Below are positions 8,165-18,040 of a stretch of 29,183 nt of DNA, one piece after another. Location: the IMG/VR virus record IMGVR_UViG_3300034025_000019, positions 1 through 29,183 of that record; one strand, 5' to 3'. Positions within the stretch are counted from its first letter, which is position 1; every line of letters begins with the position of its first letter. Under the pieces are notes generated by a model that saw only the letters and a program-made list of their open reading frames with translations, was not told the DNA's origin and made no database searches. This stretch comes from a virus. Taxonomy: Duplodnaviria > Caudoviricetes. Made by a program: the position numbers and the translations under genes.

Positions 8165-10083
8165 TACTGCATCCCGCTATTGGCTTGATTGGTGAAAGTG
8201 TACTGTTGAACGGCGGGGCGCAGCGCGGCGGCGATTCCTGCTGCATCGGTGGCCTGGGTCACCACTTCGATTTTATCGATGCTCACCGTTGACGTGTTTG
8301 TGTTTGAGCGACCAGCAGCGGCGGCACTTGCGGCAGCGCCTGCCGGCATGGCGCCCACGGCTGCGGCATTACCCATACGGTCAGCGGATGCCAGTTGTGC
8401 CGCAAGACGCTGCCTGCGCGCAATGTTCGCCTCTGCTGTACCTGGGCGCTCGTATGCCTCGCTATGGATGCGCGCTGCATCCTCTGCCGTTTTTGCACCA
8501 TGAAGCAGTCGCCCTGCGCGCCCCTCTTTACCTTCGGTCACCTCATGGTCAAAGAAAGCCAATTGTTCCTCAAGAGATGACCCGACGATACTATGCCCGA
8601 ACAGCTTTGTAAAATCGGTTCGGCGCGACCCTAGCCATTGCCCGATACCGTATGCACCCGATGTGGGGTTGACGGCGGTATGGTCCATGCCGCTTTCTTG
8701 CATAAAGCTGCCGACGATTCCCGCAGCTTGTTCGGGGGTCCATCCCATATCTTTTAACTTCTGCATCGCTATGCTTGCGTTATTGCCCCCCGCAGCGCTG
8801 CCGCCCACACCGCCTTTTTGGCGCGCGGCTTCCGCTGCCATTTCGGCTTTGGTTGTAGGCTTTGCATTTCCCACGCCGCCACGCAAGATAGCGGCGTGGC
8901 CCTTGCGTAGAGCGTCGCCCTTCGGGTCAGCAGCCTTCTTGTCGCCAAAGAGATATTCCGCCCCCTTGTAGCCGCCGTATGCGGCCAGCGCAGCCAATCC
9001 GGCCACGATAACGGGGATACTTGCGCCGGCTGCGGCGATGGCACCAATGGCCGTTGCGATAGCCCCCAGGCCCGAAATGATCGGCACGGATGCCAAACCC
9101 ATCAAGACGTTTTGCCAACCGCCAACCGCAGTGGCGAACTTGTCAGCCATCACGACGAATTTTTCAATTGCCGTAATGCTTATCGACACCCACCGCGCGA
9201 TATCTTCTTTATGATCCGCGACCCACTGTGCGCCCTTTTCGAGCTTGGCAAACAGCAGTTCAATACTCGGTGCCATCTGCAAGATAATGCGCGTGGCCGT
9301 GCTTTGCAGGCTGTCGCGCAGATCAAGCACCTTATTGCGCAATGCAAGCGCGGCTTCGGCGTCCTTCATGGTAACGGCGGCGTTCTTTTCCTGCGCGTGA
9401 ACCAAATCCATTACAGCAGCCGGACCCTGCTTGATGAAATTAAATTGATCGTCGCTAATGCCCATCGACTTGGCAATAAGCGCTGCTTGCGCCGGGTCCA
9501 CGTTGAACATGTCATGGATGATGCGCGAGCGGGCAAGCAGATATGTGTTGCCGTCCTTCAGGTCGTCAGGATTGCCGCCCCAACGGAAGAAACTTTGCAG
9601 CCCTTCATTCGGCCCCATGCCAGATTTAAGCTGCGCAAGGGTGTCTTGCGATTCCTTCAGTTGCGCAATGATCCCGCCAGCGCTGCCGCCCGCGCGCTCA
9701 CTGGCCCGCTGCCAGGAGGTTAGCTCTTGCGTTGAAAGCTTGAGATTGGCGGACAGATACCCCAGGTTTGCGGCACTGTTGATGGTCTCCGAAATGAAGT
9801 CTTTGATACCCACGCCGGCCGTAAAAATGGCGGCAAGTGCGAGCAGTTCATTGCGGATACGGCGATAGCCGTCAACTGTACCTTTGACGCGCGTATCCTG
9901 CTGCTGCTGGCGGCGGCGTTGAGCGTCCGCAAGGGTGCGCTCGCGCCGCTCTTGCTCTGTATCACCCCTGCGGTTGGCGTCATCCAAGCGGCGGCGCGAG
10001 CGCTCTGCATCTTCCGCACCACGGCGAAACAAGCGACCGTCGAGACTGAGCGTTGCAACAAATGCGTCGATCACGGTTGCCAT
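8164..10083 (-). CDS. Tape measure protein with C-terminal phage tail lysozyme domain
   Basis: MATVID N-terminus; helical Ala-rich body; QAAGIVG..MQES...AYGIGQW.G.R...EQLAF...YERP (Phage_lysozyme2-type). Confidence 0.88.
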   Translation of the reverse strand: MATVIDAFVATLSLDGRLFRRGAEDAERSRRRLDDANRRGDTEQERRERTLADAQRRRQQQQDTRVKGTVDGYRRIRNELLALAAIFTAGVGIKDFISETINSAANLGYLSANLKLSTQELTSWQRASERAGGSAGGIIAQLKESQDTLAQLKSGMGPNEGLQSFFRWGGNPDDLKDGNTYLLARSRIIHDMFNVDPAQAALIAKSMGISDDQFNFIKQGPAAVMDLVHAQEKNAAVTMKDAEAALALRNKVLDLRDSLQSTATRIILQMAPSIELLFAKLEKGAQWVADHKEDIARWVSISITAIEKFVVMADKFATAVGGWQNVLMGLASVPIISGLGAIATAIGAIAAAGASIPVIVAGLAALAAYGGYKGAEYLFGDKKAADPKGDALRKGHAAILRGGVGNAKPTTKAEMAAEAARQKGGVGGSAAGGNNASIAMQKLKDMGWTPEQAAGIVGSFMQESGMDHTAVNPTSGAYGIGQWLGSRRTDFTKLFGHSIVGSSLEEQLAFFDHEVTEGKEGRAGRLLHGAKTAEDAARIHSEAYERPGTAEANIARRQRLAAQLASADRMGNAAAVGAMPAGAAASAAAAGRSNTNTSTVSIDKIEVVTQATDAAGIAAALRPAVQQYTFTNQANSGMQ

Positions 10084-10313
10084 TATTTCGCCTTGTTGAT
10101 GATATTTTGGTTGTGCGTATCTACCGCGATGATTTCCAGCATGTCATACATGTCCTGCGTGCCGTACACGGTGTCAAGTTCGTGCAGGGTGGCGAGCCCT
10201 TTTGAAACGACAGTGCCGATTGTCCCCGGCACATTCTCGTAGCGAATTAGGCGGCTTGTTCCGGTTCCATCGGCAATGCCGAAGTCAATGGGCCGCCTGA
10301 AATAAAAGGTTCG
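10083..10313 (-). CDS. Tail assembly chaperone extension (gpT-like frame, probably reached by -1 frameshift; in-frame GTG at 10232)
   Basis: Not in the ORF track; open frame reads ...YENVPGTIGTVVSKGLATLHELDTVYGTQDMYDMLEIIAVDTHNQNIINKAK*; its TAA overlaps the tape measure ATG (TAATG). Confidence 0.75.
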   Translation of the reverse strand, partial: RTFYFRRPIDFGIADGTGTSRLIRYENVPGTIGTVVSKGLATLHELDTVYGTQDMYDMLEIIAVDTHNQNIINKAK

Positions 10314-10675
10314 ATATGCAGGCCGAACACGGCTTTTTGAAGTTCAAAGATCGTGGCGATTTCTTCAAAATCATCATCCATCCATTTACGGTTTGCCCGC
10401 TCTTGAATCGACAACACGCAATCAAGCAATTCATCAAGCAGGGGTGCCACCTGGGCGGCGGGCAACTTGCCGATTGCCCCCATGGCGACCGTTGCCAAGC
10501 CCGCCAAGCCCTTCGACGCAATATCTTCGTCAATCTCTACGCCGGACGACATCAACGCCAGGAGCGCCCGCGTAGCCCATGCGTGGCCGGCGCGGGCGCT
10601 CATTTCGGTAATGAGAAATTTCTTGCCCTTGTCGCGCCCGGTAGTGGCGGTGAAAGTGAGTTCTTTTCGAGCCAT
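10247..10675 (-). CDS. Tail assembly chaperone (gpG-like)
   Basis: GRDKGK.F.ITEM.A motif; lies between tube and tape measure. Confidence 0.8.
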   Translation of the reverse strand: MARKELTFTATTGRDKGKKFLITEMSARAGHAWATRALLALMSSGVEIDEDIASKGLAGLATVAMGAIGKLPAAQVAPLLDELLDCVLSIQERANRKWMDDDFEEIATIFELQKAVFGLHIEPFISGGPLTSALPMEPEQAA

Positions 10676-10677
10676 GA

Positions 10678-11115
10678 TTAAACCGGCGATTTGGTTTGCA
10701 GTTCAAAGGTCAGCGCGAACTTGCGCGGCTGAAGCACTTTTTTTGCGGTTGACATTGGCGTAACGGTGGTCAAGAAGCCGTTGGTGAATGCGTATTTTTC
10801 TCCGGTGCCCTGAATGATCAGCGTGCCGTCGAAAATGAACGCTTCCTTTGCCGCCTTCTGTGCGTCAAGCACCGTATCGAACATGGCGGTTGATGCGCTA
10901 TCAGCCTGAAGCATGATGTTCAACACGGTGGGGTAGGGGACATAACCCGCCGACAGCTTGCCATCGACGCCCATTTGAACTTCAACCGGTGACACGTCAT
11001 CGACTGCAAAGGAATCGTCGGTTGCATAGCCTTGAATCGACTGCGGGACCGGGAACAAACCGCGCACGGAAAGAGCCAATGCGCTATTTGCGGTAGTGAG
11101 GGTTTTATTTGCCAT
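10678..11115 (-). CDS. Tail tube protein
   Basis: 145 aa; QGYA.D, MGVDGKLSAG.V and LQADS.S motifs; follows the sheath. Confidence 0.82.
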   Translation of the reverse strand: MANKTLTTANSALALSVRGLFPVPQSIQGYATDDSFAVDDVSPVEVQMGVDGKLSAGYVPYPTVLNIMLQADSASTAMFDTVLDAQKAAKEAFIFDGTLIIQGTGEKYAFTNGFLTTVTPMSTAKKVLQPRKFALTFELQTKSPV

Positions 11116-11125
11116 GATGATTTCC

Positions 11126-12649
11126 TTATTGGACCAGCAGCGAAGCGAGTTTCATTTGTTGAATCGAGCCGCCATCGCAATAATAGAACGTCATGGACGG
11201 GGTTGTGCGGGCGGCGCGCGCCGCTGCGCCTGGGTCTTTGATGCTCAGATACCACCCGCGCGTGGAAAGTACCGTGTCGATCTTTTGGCCCGATGCCGAA
11301 TTAACGGCGATAACCTGCGAACCGCTCAGCGACACGCCGGCACGGATCGCGCCGAAGTCAAGCGCTTGATTGATCGGCGTTTGCAGCGCGGTTTCAATCG
11401 ACGCATACCCGAAATTGTTATACGGGATGGAACCGGCAGCAGCCATAAAGGCGAGCAACGATTGTTGGAAGTTTGCGTTCATCCATATTTCGTTTGCGAA
11501 CGAATCAAGCCACTTGAACCGGCCGGAAATTTGACCCGGCTGCATGAAGCGGAAAGCCTGCTGCGACGTGGCGTAATCGCCGTAGAAGTTGTAGCCGTTC
11601 GCAACGAGCGTATCGGCTACGGTGGAATCCGCACAGCCGGCCACGATACCCCCCTGACTGCGAAATGCCGCCGTGGTGCGCCCGTTGGTCTGTCCGAAGT
11701 CGATCGATGCCATGTAACCCAGCACGAACGCAGCGAGGGGGCGTACCAGCGATGTCATGCTCACGCCCAGCGCGGCAGCTTGCGCGGGATCGGCGCCCAG
11801 GGGGATACTGCCCGACAGTTGGAGCGCGGCCACCTGGGGGCCGAACGCGGTTGTGTTGCCCTGCTGCGAACTTGTGACATCGGTATCCCAGCAGGCGTAT
11901 GCAAAGCGGTCTGCTTGCTGGCCGGTCCACGTGGCGAAAGCCATCTTGTCGGCAATGACCGGCTCAAACACCGTCATGAAGCCCGCCCAGTTGAGCGCCT
12001 TCGCAATGATGGCTGTCATGGCCGCAGCAGGGGTTGCCGCTGCCGAACCTTGCGACGTGACGGCGCCCGTTGCCTGGGTCAAGTTGAGCGCGGTAGCGAT
12101 TGCGCCGGCTGCAAACGTGATGGTTGAAGCGCCGCCCGTGGTGCCAGATGTGGCGACGAACGCGGCGCGCTGCGCATCGTAGGTGACGACCGGGCCGGAC
12201 GCAAACGCGGTGGTGATCTTGGCGGCGGCATCGCTGAAACTGGTAGCTGTCGAAAGGTTGATCGAAGCGGAAGTTTTCAACGTGCCGTCAACGGTCACGG
12301 TCATAACGCCGGGGGTGATTGCCTGAAGCTGCGCCAGTGTCATTGCAGCCAGGGAAGCGCTGCGGGTGTACGCGGCCACGGGGGCAATCGGGTATTGCGA
12401 GAACAGCAGGTTGCCCGGCTTTTGGGTCGAGCCATCGAAGCCGGCGAAGTACACCGATGCAATGGCCGCTTCGGACGACTGGGGGCCGAAGAAAGTAGCG
12501 ACTGCCTCAGCATCGGAGAATTGGCGAATGGTATTGAACGGGACGGCAGTATCGGCGGTCAGAATCAAGCCGCTGAGTGCAAGCGCTGCACCACCCGCAC
12601 CGATAACACCGGGGATAATTTCAACAAGTTTTTTTGCCGGAATGGACAT
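11126..12649 (-). CDS. Contractile tail sheath protein (DUF3383)
   Basis: IP..KLV.I.PGV start; FG..S.E...A..YF.G, NGYNFYG, W.DS...EIW and IPYN..G motifs. Confidence 0.9.
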   Translation of the reverse strand: MSIPAKKLVEIIPGVIGAGGAALALSGLILTADTAVPFNTIRQFSDAEAVATFFGPQSSEAAIASVYFAGFDGSTQKPGNLLFSQYPIAPVAAYTRSASLAAMTLAQLQAITPGVMTVTVDGTLKTSASINLSTATSFSDAAAKITTAFASGPVVTYDAQRAAFVATSGTTGGASTITFAAGAIATALNLTQATGAVTSQGSAAATPAAAMTAIIAKALNWAGFMTVFEPVIADKMAFATWTGQQADRFAYACWDTDVTSSQQGNTTAFGPQVAALQLSGSIPLGADPAQAAALGVSMTSLVRPLAAFVLGYMASIDFGQTNGRTTAAFRSQGGIVAGCADSTVADTLVANGYNFYGDYATSQQAFRFMQPGQISGRFKWLDSFANEIWMNANFQQSLLAFMAAAGSIPYNNFGYASIETALQTPINQALDFGAIRAGVSLSGSQVIAVNSASGQKIDTVLSTRGWYLSIKDPGAAARAARTTPSMTFYYCDGGSIQQMKLASLLVQ

Positions 12650-12660
12650 TTTAAATAGCC

Positions 12661-13152
12661 TCAGTTTGGGGTAATGGTGTCAGCTTTAACGATACCCACA
12701 TTTAAGGCATCGGCGAACTGTTGTGAAACCGTGGTAATAGGGTTGAATTGTAGCATTGCAGCAAGCATCCAACGTTGTTCGTAATTCTCTTCCCCGTTCA
12801 CCAATGCAGATTGTGTGGGGTCGCTCGCGTCAAGGGGTTGGCACCCATACGGCGCGAGCATATCGCACGCGTACGGATCGCGTAGCATCGTGCATAAGGT
12901 GGTGGCGTGATCACTCGAATTGGGGCCGTAGCAGTCGATTTGAATACGGTACTCCGTACCCATTTCAATTGCCCGCGTGTCCGCCCCGTAGGTATCTTGG
13001 TTGGTGCGCAAGCGGCGTTGTCCCGCAGCGGTCAAACAGATAAATTCATCTTCCGGCATCGGCACGTTGTTGCCTAACCCCTGCACAACTTCAATGTCAG
13101 AAATGAGCGACAGGATAAACAATCGTAGAGCGATAAATAATTGATCGCTCAT
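12661..13152 (-). CDS. Tail completion/terminator protein
   Basis: VVQG..N.VP.P, QIDCYG and NGEE.YE.RW motifs; start set to the ATGA overlap at 13152. Confidence 0.72.
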   Translation of the reverse strand: MSDQLFIALRLFILSLISDIEVVQGLGNNVPMPEDEFICLTAAGQRRLRTNQDTYGADTRAIEMGTEYRIQIDCYGPNSSDHATTLCTMLRDPYACDMLAPYGCQPLDASDPTQSALVNGEENYEQRWMLAAMLQFNPITTVSQQFADALNVGIVKADTITPN

Positions 13153-13529
13153 TGCATTACCACCGATACTCTGCACCAATCGGGCCATATTTCCGGCACA
13201 TCAACGATTTTCCAATCGGATGCAGGGCGCCCGGTTGCTTGCCAAAATGTGAGCACGTCGCCGCCAGTCTTATCAGCGCGCACGATGCCAAACCAATTAC
13301 CGTATAGGTAGACAGTGCGGAATACGCCTTGAATATTAAGCTCAGCCATGTGGCGTAAATCGCTTTTGCCCATCGGTTGAATCTGCGCCGGGCCAGTCAC
13401 GGGTGCGTCATATAATGGGGTCTGCTTTCCGTTGAGGGCGGTCGTGTAGCCATTGGATCGCTTTAGCGTGATTACCACGTCAGGATTTACGGCCGTAATC
13501 ACGCCCCTGACAATACCGTGTAGGTTCAT
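13149..13529 (-). CDS. Head closure / neck protein
   Basis: MNLHGIV....AVNP, AQIQP, GGD.L and E.WPDWC motifs; synteny. Confidence 0.72.
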   Translation of the reverse strand: MNLHGIVRGVITAVNPDVVITLKRSNGYTTALNGKQTPLYDAPVTGPAQIQPMGKSDLRHMAELNIQGVFRTVYLYGNWFGIVRADKTGGDVLTFWQATGRPASDWKIVDVPEIWPDWCRVSVVMQ

Positions 13530-14065
13530 GATTTAACCTCATAATCAATTGAATTGAGCAGGTGCCCCGTGTACACACCGACCTTTGTTGATGCCCCGCT
13601 GTAGTCGTCGCCCGCAGCCACGCGCGCGGCAGCTTCACCAACGATTTTTCCGGTCACTTCCAAATGCGGATTGTCTATTTTCATCTGGCGAATCATCAAC
13701 GTGATTGGGCTTAGACGCGGGGCATCAAGTTTGATGATTGCTTGACGCAATTGGCCGCTGATGCCTTCGCCCATTTTTTTAAGGGCGTCCGTTACATCGT
13801 AGTCATTGAGCACTAGAATATTTGCAAGTGAGGTGCCCCACTTGTCTGACTTTTCTTTAATCTTGTTCGTAAAGTCCGGGCGGGGCGGGGCCGTCTTGGT
13901 GCCATAGTTAAGCCACCATGCGACTTGCGCCACGCTCGTACCTTTGCCATCGGGGTAAGTGGCGCCTTCCAAAAAACCTACCCGCAGATCATGCTTACCC
14001 TCAATGCGCTTAGATATCTCTTTGAGCTTGGCACGCAGCTTTGCACCACCGGTCAGCCCAACCAT
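13526..14065 (-). CDS. Neck / virion morphogenesis protein
   Basis: LRVGFLEGATYPDG, YGT...PPRP and TGHLLNS motifs; ATG at 14065 just after the upstream stop. Confidence 0.72.
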   Translation of the reverse strand: MVGLTGGAKLRAKLKEISKRIEGKHDLRVGFLEGATYPDGKGTSVAQVAWWLNYGTKTAPPRPDFTNKIKEKSDKWGTSLANILVLNDYDVTDALKKMGEGISGQLRQAIIKLDAPRLSPITLMIRQMKIDNPHLEVTGKIVGEAAARVAAGDDYSGASTKVGVYTGHLLNSIDYEVKS

Positions 14066-14066
14066 A

Positions 14067-14492
14067 TCAGCAGCACCGACCTGAACGAACGAAGCGGGCA
14101 CGCCTGTACTTGCCGGTCAGCGCCCAATATTGCGCGCCGTAGGTCGTTGACATATACCAACCTTGCGAAGCGTACACGGTGCCCACGTCGAATGACGCCG
14201 ACACGCTGCCTTCCGATGCGCTACTGACGCGCCCAACCTGCCCAGCGGTGGACCCTGCGCCACCTGGGGACACGACGCCCGCCAACGTGGCGATATGGGC
14301 CGTCAGTAGGTTCAGCAGGATTGCCCGCTCAGCTTCGTTCTTGACCAAGCTGCTTGCATCGTTCTTGAGGATAAGCGCGGCTTCATCGAAATACAGTTGC
14401 AGAGCGTCCGGGTGCTCCGTGTTGTACGCCGCGAATTGCGGGAACCGCAAAACGAATCTTGCGGGATCGAAGATAACCGCGCCGAGCATCAT
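14067..14492 (-). CDS. Head-tail adaptor (DUF4054)
   Basis: F..RFPQF, LL.LLTAH.A.L, VGRVSSASEGSVS and W...T.YG..YW motifs. Confidence 0.85.
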   Translation of the reverse strand: MMLGAVIFDPARFVLRFPQFAAYNTEHPDALQLYFDEAALILKNDASSLVKNEAERAILLNLLTAHIATLAGVVSPGGAGSTAGQVGRVSSASEGSVSASFDVGTVYASQGWYMSTTYGAQYWALTGKYRRARFVRSGRCC

Positions 14493-14917
14493 TGCTTGTT
14501 CGCCAGTTCAAGCGCGGCTGATTTGTCCGCTTTGTTGGCGACAGGTGCGGCAGGGCGCCGATTTGCTTGGGCTTCCTGCAACGCGGTCTTGGTGGCGTCA
14601 GCCGGTGCCAGACCCTTTGCCGGCGCATCCGGGTTGATGCCTTCCAGACCGGTTTTTTCGTCCTTCAGTTCATCGGCCAAATCGGCCAAATCGTCAACCG
14701 ACTTGGTATTGTGGGTAAAAATGGATTTGGACTGAAACGCCGAATGCAACTCATACATTGCAAACAGATATGCAGCCTCTTCTTCGTCCACGGTGGTAAT
14801 GCCGAAGTCGCCGCCGATAACCATTGACGTGTTGGAACCGTTCAGGGTGACAGGGCCGTTGATGCCGTCGAGCGTGATGCCGTTGGGCAGTTTGCAGCCG
14901 ATCAATACTTTGCTCAT
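14489..14917 (-). CDS. Conserved hypothetical protein downstream of the capsid gene
   Basis: GCKLPNG..L, FGIT.VD and KTGLE motifs; AAGGA RBS. Confidence 0.7.
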   Translation of the reverse strand: MSKVLIGCKLPNGITLDGINGPVTLNGSNTSMVIGGDFGITTVDEEEAAYLFAMYELHSAFQSKSIFTHNTKSVDDLADLADELKDEKTGLEGINPDAPAKGLAPADATKTALQEAQANRRPAAPVANKADKSAALELANKQ

Positions 14918-14932
14918 GATATTTCCTTTTTA

Positions 14933-14968
14933 AATTGAAAAACGCCCCTCTATGTTAGCAGGGGCGTT
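14933..14968 (-). terminator. Rho-independent terminator/attenuator after the major capsid gene
   Basis: Minus strand AACGCCCCT-10 nt loop-AGGGGCGTT followed by TTTCAATTT. Confidence 0.65.
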
Positions 14969-14982
14969 GAGAGTGGGGCGTA

Positions 14983-16029
14983 TTAAATGCCCAGCATCGA
15001 CGCAATGCCAAGCGGCATGGTGATGATTGCACCCCAGGTGCCGCCCGATTTTTTCTGCTTGAACGCTGACATTTCTTTGACAACGCCGTGTGAGCGCATT
15101 TTTTCGGTAAAGGCTGCGTAGCCGGTGTCCTGGCCTTCCACGTTGTCAACGATCAGTTGCACGTACTCGCCGGCCTGCGTGGTGTATTCGACGGCGGAAA
15201 CGATTTCCATATTCGGATACGTTTTCTTCAGCATATCGGCCACACTGACGTTGAAGGGTGACAGCTTGGCAAGGTCCGCTTCTTTGGCCGGCGACAGGCA
15301 GAGTTTCATCTTGCTTTGCATGTCGATGTTGCCACCCGATTGGGTCACAAGCTGCGTGTACAGCTTCTTGATATCCTCGAAAATCTCGGGGGCCGTCGCA
15401 ACCGTCCACGTGAAGCCGCCCGCTGCTTTGGTGATCGGCGACACTGGGGCGGTCAAGTTCGGATCGTTCAGCAGGCCGTAGCACTGCAAGCCGCTGACGC
15501 CATAGAAATAGCTGCGGTTCTGGAACTTGTCCATGATGCGAGCAGACGAAATGTTCAGGCGGGATGCCCAATCGATTTGCGCCACGCCCATCATCGCAAG
15601 TTGACGCTCGCCCCATTCCGTGATGGTCTGGTAGTGGTAGGACTGCCGCGACGGCCAATTGACGTTCGCGGTAACTTCGCCGTTGTTCGCGTAGTCGCCA
15701 TAGCTGGAAACTTCACCTGCCGATTCGGCCACGGGGAAGAGTGCGGTGGTGGTGGTCCAATCGCCTTTTTTGTTCTCGCCCAGGATGCGCGCGGCGCGGT
15801 TCGGCGTGACCAGGATTTCAATGACTTTCGGGTCAATGAAGGTGGTCAGGAACGCGGGAATACCGCTGTTCGATTGGGTGATCAGGCCCGGCAGCGCGTC
15901 CATTGCGAGCGTGCTGTCGTGCGCCATCTCGGGCGGGATGAAACCCTGCATCGGGCCATCCATGCCCATGACGATGCCATAGACGCGGGCAGCGTGTGCA
16001 ATGGCGGTAAGTTCTTGAGGATTGCGCAT
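14983..16029 (-). CDS. Major capsid protein (DUF2184-like)
   Basis: GIPAFLTT.IDP, E.KKGDW, SSYGDY.N.G and YGLLNDP motifs; 348 aa. Confidence 0.9.
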   Translation of the reverse strand: MRNPQELTAIAHAARVYGIVMGMDGPMQGFIPPEMAHDSTLAMDALPGLITQSNSGIPAFLTTFIDPKVIEILVTPNRAARILGENKKGDWTTTTALFPVAESAGEVSSYGDYANNGEVTANVNWPSRQSYHYQTITEWGERQLAMMGVAQIDWASRLNISSARIMDKFQNRSYFYGVSGLQCYGLLNDPNLTAPVSPITKAAGGFTWTVATAPEIFEDIKKLYTQLVTQSGGNIDMQSKMKLCLSPAKEADLAKLSPFNVSVADMLKKTYPNMEIVSAVEYTTQAGEYVQLIVDNVEGQDTGYAAFTEKMRSHGVVKEMSAFKQKKSGGTWGAIITMPLGIASMLGI

Positions 16030-16034
16030 GGTGA

Positions 16035-16766
16035 TCAGTCTCCGAAGCCGATTTTGGCAATTTCATTGATAAGGGCGACCGACAGGCAACGGAATTTCGT
16101 TTCCACGTAGTCGCTGCCGACAGTCGCTTGCGCGGCGATGGTGCCCGGCGAAGTGCTGAGGGTATAAGTACCCGTACCGCCCGTACCCGTGCCGAAAGCC
16201 GTGATAAAGGTATTGGCCGGAATGGTGGCACCCGTGATCGACTGGCCGATTTTCAAAGGCAGGGCAGGGGCAGCAGTGACAGTCATTTGGTTAGTTGCAA
16301 ACGACGCGGTAAAGCTGTTCGGTGCTGGCACGGTGCCGGTTGCTGCGGCGACGGCGGAACCGTCAAGCAGGTTGGCAAATACCTTCTGATCGCGGGCGAC
16401 GGCAGACCCGAATTTCATCCAGAAATCGCCACGGGTGAACATTTCCATTGCTTGGCCGGCCAGCATGGTCATACCGAATTCAGCCAGGAACGTCAGCGAC
16501 ATTGCTTGCTGCTCGTTGCCCACGAAGCCGCTAGGCACGCGCGAGGCACCCGCAGCGACCAACGCGGCGTTGCTGTTGACGACTTCGCCTTCGGTGCCGT
16601 CAGCTTTGGGCGTGGCCCAGCCGAAGCGACCGACGACGACAGCCGCACCGCTGATCAGACCACCGGGGCCGGTCACGTAGGTGGCGCGGGGATTGGCACT
16701 GGCAAAGCTGCCTTCAACCCCTGGGGCAGGTTGGTTATTTACTTGCTTTTGGAAGCCGGGCATCAT
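16035..16766 (-). CDS. Head decoration/cement protein
   Basis: FQKQVN..PAPGV.G.FAS.NP and GDFW motifs; lies between protease and capsid; contains a GTGTGGTGTYTLS fibre-type insert. Confidence 0.75.
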   Translation of the reverse strand: MMPGFQKQVNNQPAPGVEGSFASANPRATYVTGPGGLISGAAVVVGRFGWATPKADGTEGEVVNSNAALVAAGASRVPSGFVGNEQQAMSLTFLAEFGMTMLAGQAMEMFTRGDFWMKFGSAVARDQKVFANLLDGSAVAAATGTVPAPNSFTASFATNQMTVTAAPALPLKIGQSITGATIPANTFITAFGTGTGGTGTYTLSTSPGTIAAQATVGSDYVETKFRCLSVALINEIAKIGFGD

Positions 16767-18040
16767 GCACCCCCTTTCATTGGGACAGCGGTTTTAAACA
16801 TGGCGGCGAACGACTGGGCGCCGCCTGCTGCATCCTGGGCGATGACGGTACGGCTTTGCACCTGCGTGCCCGGCTTCGGCAGCATACCCACCATGGCGCG
16901 GAACGCCGATGGATGGACGCCAGCGGTATCCACGTTGGCTGCGTCGAGCGCAAGCTTGTAGATGTTTTCCGCGCTGTCCTGGGCGACGGCCAGGGCGCCA
17001 ATGAACGGAGCAACTTCGGCGGTGGCCGTGTGAATTGCGTTCATGTGTGCGATGGTCTCGGCACGGGTAGCGGCGACGGCGGTAGCGATTGCTGCGTCCA
17101 TTGCGGGTTTGGTGATGCCGCCCGGTTTTGGTTCGTCCTTGTCGTCGGCATCTTCGGCAACCTTTTTCTTCGGCTTGCCGTCTTCGTCAAGCTCTTCGTC
17201 TTCGTCAAGCGCAACGGTTTCTTCGGCATCGCCTAGGGCGTCGAGCAGTTCGACCACGGCTGCAAGGTCTGCATCCTGGGCCAGCTTTTCGCCGTAATGC
17301 TTTTTCACGGCATTGACGACTGCGGTTTTATCTTTCGCAGTTTTCAGGGAATCGACCGTGCCAGCGATGGCCGTCAAATCCTTGATCTGTGCGTCCTGTG
17401 CAAGCAACGGCTTGAACGCGGCGGTAAGGCACGCGGCAAGCAGCGTCTTGCGATTCGCTGACAGTTTTCCTACTTTCATCTTTGGAATCTCCAAAAGTTG
17501 TGAATCCCCGACAATGACATCGGGGCCGGCCCTTCCCACTTCAACAAGAGCAACGTGATTGCCCTTGATATCTTGCATTATGCCATCATACGCGACACCT
17601 TCATATATTCCCGGCGTCATGTTTGCGGTATAGCTATATGCACTCGATAATTCGCGCTGCTGATTGGTTTCGACGCCTGCAATCGAATTGCCGCACCAGA
17701 TCACCAACGAGCTACGCAAATACGGCTCTTCAAAGTGCGCATCGGTCCCCGTGCTGCCAACAATGAACTCTTTCGACGGTTCATCGGCGGTCACGGGGAT
17801 ATGGCGGTCGAGTAGCGGCAGATTATTAAATGTCTCTGCCGCCTTCGCCAGTTCTTTCGGATCGCGCAACATCTGATAGACGCGTTCCATATCCAGACCC
17901 AGCGCCGCGCCGTTTGGAATCTCGCTTCCGCGATAGGGGTTCACGCAAGCTTTCGAGATGTTCGATACCTTGATGAACATGTGGCCGAACTCGTTTTTAG
18001 TGCGCATGGATTTATCCATCGCAAGTAATAGTGCGCTCAT
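16763..18040 (-). CDS. Prohead protease/scaffold (DUF2213)
   Basis: ISKA.VNPY.G.EIP, ELS..Y, YDG...DI.GNHVALV..GRAG motifs; acidic/helical C-terminal scaffold. Confidence 0.88.
   Translation of the reverse strand: MSALLLAMDKSMRTKNEFGHMFIKVSNISKACVNPYRGSEIPNGAALGLDMERVYQMLRDPKELAKAAETFNNLPLLDRHIPVTADEPSKEFIVGSTGTDAHFEEPYLRSSLVIWCGNSIAGVETNQQRELSSAYSYTANMTPGIYEGVAYDGIMQDIKGNHVALVEVGRAGPDVIVGDSQLLEIPKMKVGKLSANRKTLLAACLTAAFKPLLAQDAQIKDLTAIAGTVDSLKTAKDKTAVVNAVKKHYGEKLAQDADLAAVVELLDALGDAEETVALDEDEELDEDGKPKKKVAEDADDKDEPKPGGITKPAMDAAIATAVAATRAETIAHMNAIHTATAEVAPFIGALAVAQDSAENIYKLALDAANVDTAGVHPSAFRAMVGMLPKPGTQVQSRTVIAQDAAGGAQSFAAMFKTAVPMKGGA

Noticed and set aside
9898-9918. Short CTG/GCG trinucleotide runs
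   Set aside because: In-frame RRRQQQQ coding in the tape measure; too short to suggest phase variation
11096-12127. 343-aa plus-strand ORF
   Set aside because: Antisense shadow of the sheath gene in GC-rich DNA; Arg-rich, with no recognisable domain
15316-16961. 264-aa and 277-aa plus-strand ORFs
   Set aside because: Antisense shadows of the capsid, decoration and protease genes
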